Origin: Vicugna vicugna
Lineage: Eukaryota
Direction: 5' to 3'
Length of the DNA: 64,000 nucleotides
Assembly: GCA_013265495.1 (NCBI GenBank)
Contig: MU058418.1
Location: 744,001 to 808,000, forward strand
Shown here: piece after piece, positions 63,606 to 64,000 of the stretch
Position numbering within the stretch: position 1 is the stretch's first letter
Layout of the letters: each line of letters opens with the position of its first letter
The notes under the pieces: generated by a model
What the model was told of the DNA's origin: nothing
Databases searched by the model: none
The model's input: the letters and a program-made list of their open reading frames with translations, nothing else
Translations under genes and position numbers: made by a program

Positions 63606-64000
63606 ACTACCTCCAATGTTTGCATGAAAAACAACTGTTCCTAAGACAGCCATATAAATGGCGCCAATGGTAAAATCAAGGATATATATAACCAAACCCA
63701 CCTGCTAAACAAAGCTTTTCTGATAGAATTAATTGTGTAAGGCTAAGTACCACCCTCAGAAACAAAACAGACATCAAGATCACTGAATCAAACCAAAAAA
63801 AAACCCATTAAAACAGATTATAAACATAAAACATTTTCATAAGGGAGTAAATTTATATATCACTATTTCAATCCAGCATAAGAGTGGTATGTGTGCATGA
63901 AGGAGGGTAACATTCACTCATTCCTCAGAATTAAAAGATATGCTCATTCTTCAGAAATATAAGATCAGCTCACATAGTCAAGTGATTCTAAGGAGACTCT

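Noticed and set aside
62800..64000. Search for SEC63 exon 8
   Set aside because: No sequence encoding GSWWYRS...RNMDMK found; it lies beyond the window.
1..64000. Prokaryote-style systems (CRISPR arrays, operons, defence loci)
   Set aside because: Intron-rich mammalian DNA; no regularly spaced repeat-spacer array or dense ORF cluster was seen.

Overview
Mammalian genomic DNA, most likely camelid, judging from three tRNA-derived SINE copies resembling Vic-1 and no recognisable Alu, B1/B2, BovB or PRE-1. The right part (39692-62799, minus strand) holds the last 13 coding exons of SEC63 (exons 9-21 by human numbering). All have GT-AG boundaries and join into 1550 nt: a 2-nt partial codon, 515 codons and TAA, ending ...SFEEEEEEEEDDD*. 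A 3' UTR with a clear AATAAA follows. The left ~36 kb is non-coding, with two CpG/GC-rich islands (~4.0-4.25 kb and ~25.85-26.45 kb) and a candidate non-coding first exon at ~3.1-3.3 kb. By recalled synteny these probably belong to SCML4 (inference; no SCML4 coding sequence is visible). The rest is interspersed repeats (L1, L2, MIR, MLT/LTR16/MER21 LTRs, Tigger/MER DNA elements); repeat family names are by eye. None of the supplied ORFs is a credible independent gene. I found no convincing undescribed biological system. The best second-look items are retrotransposition scars (a twin-primed L1, a tail-only insertion, an orphan poly(A)-tailed insert, an A69 tract), a head-to-head IRF motif pair, a CTCF-like site, and coding A9/A10 runs plus a NAGNAG acceptor at SEC63 exon 16.
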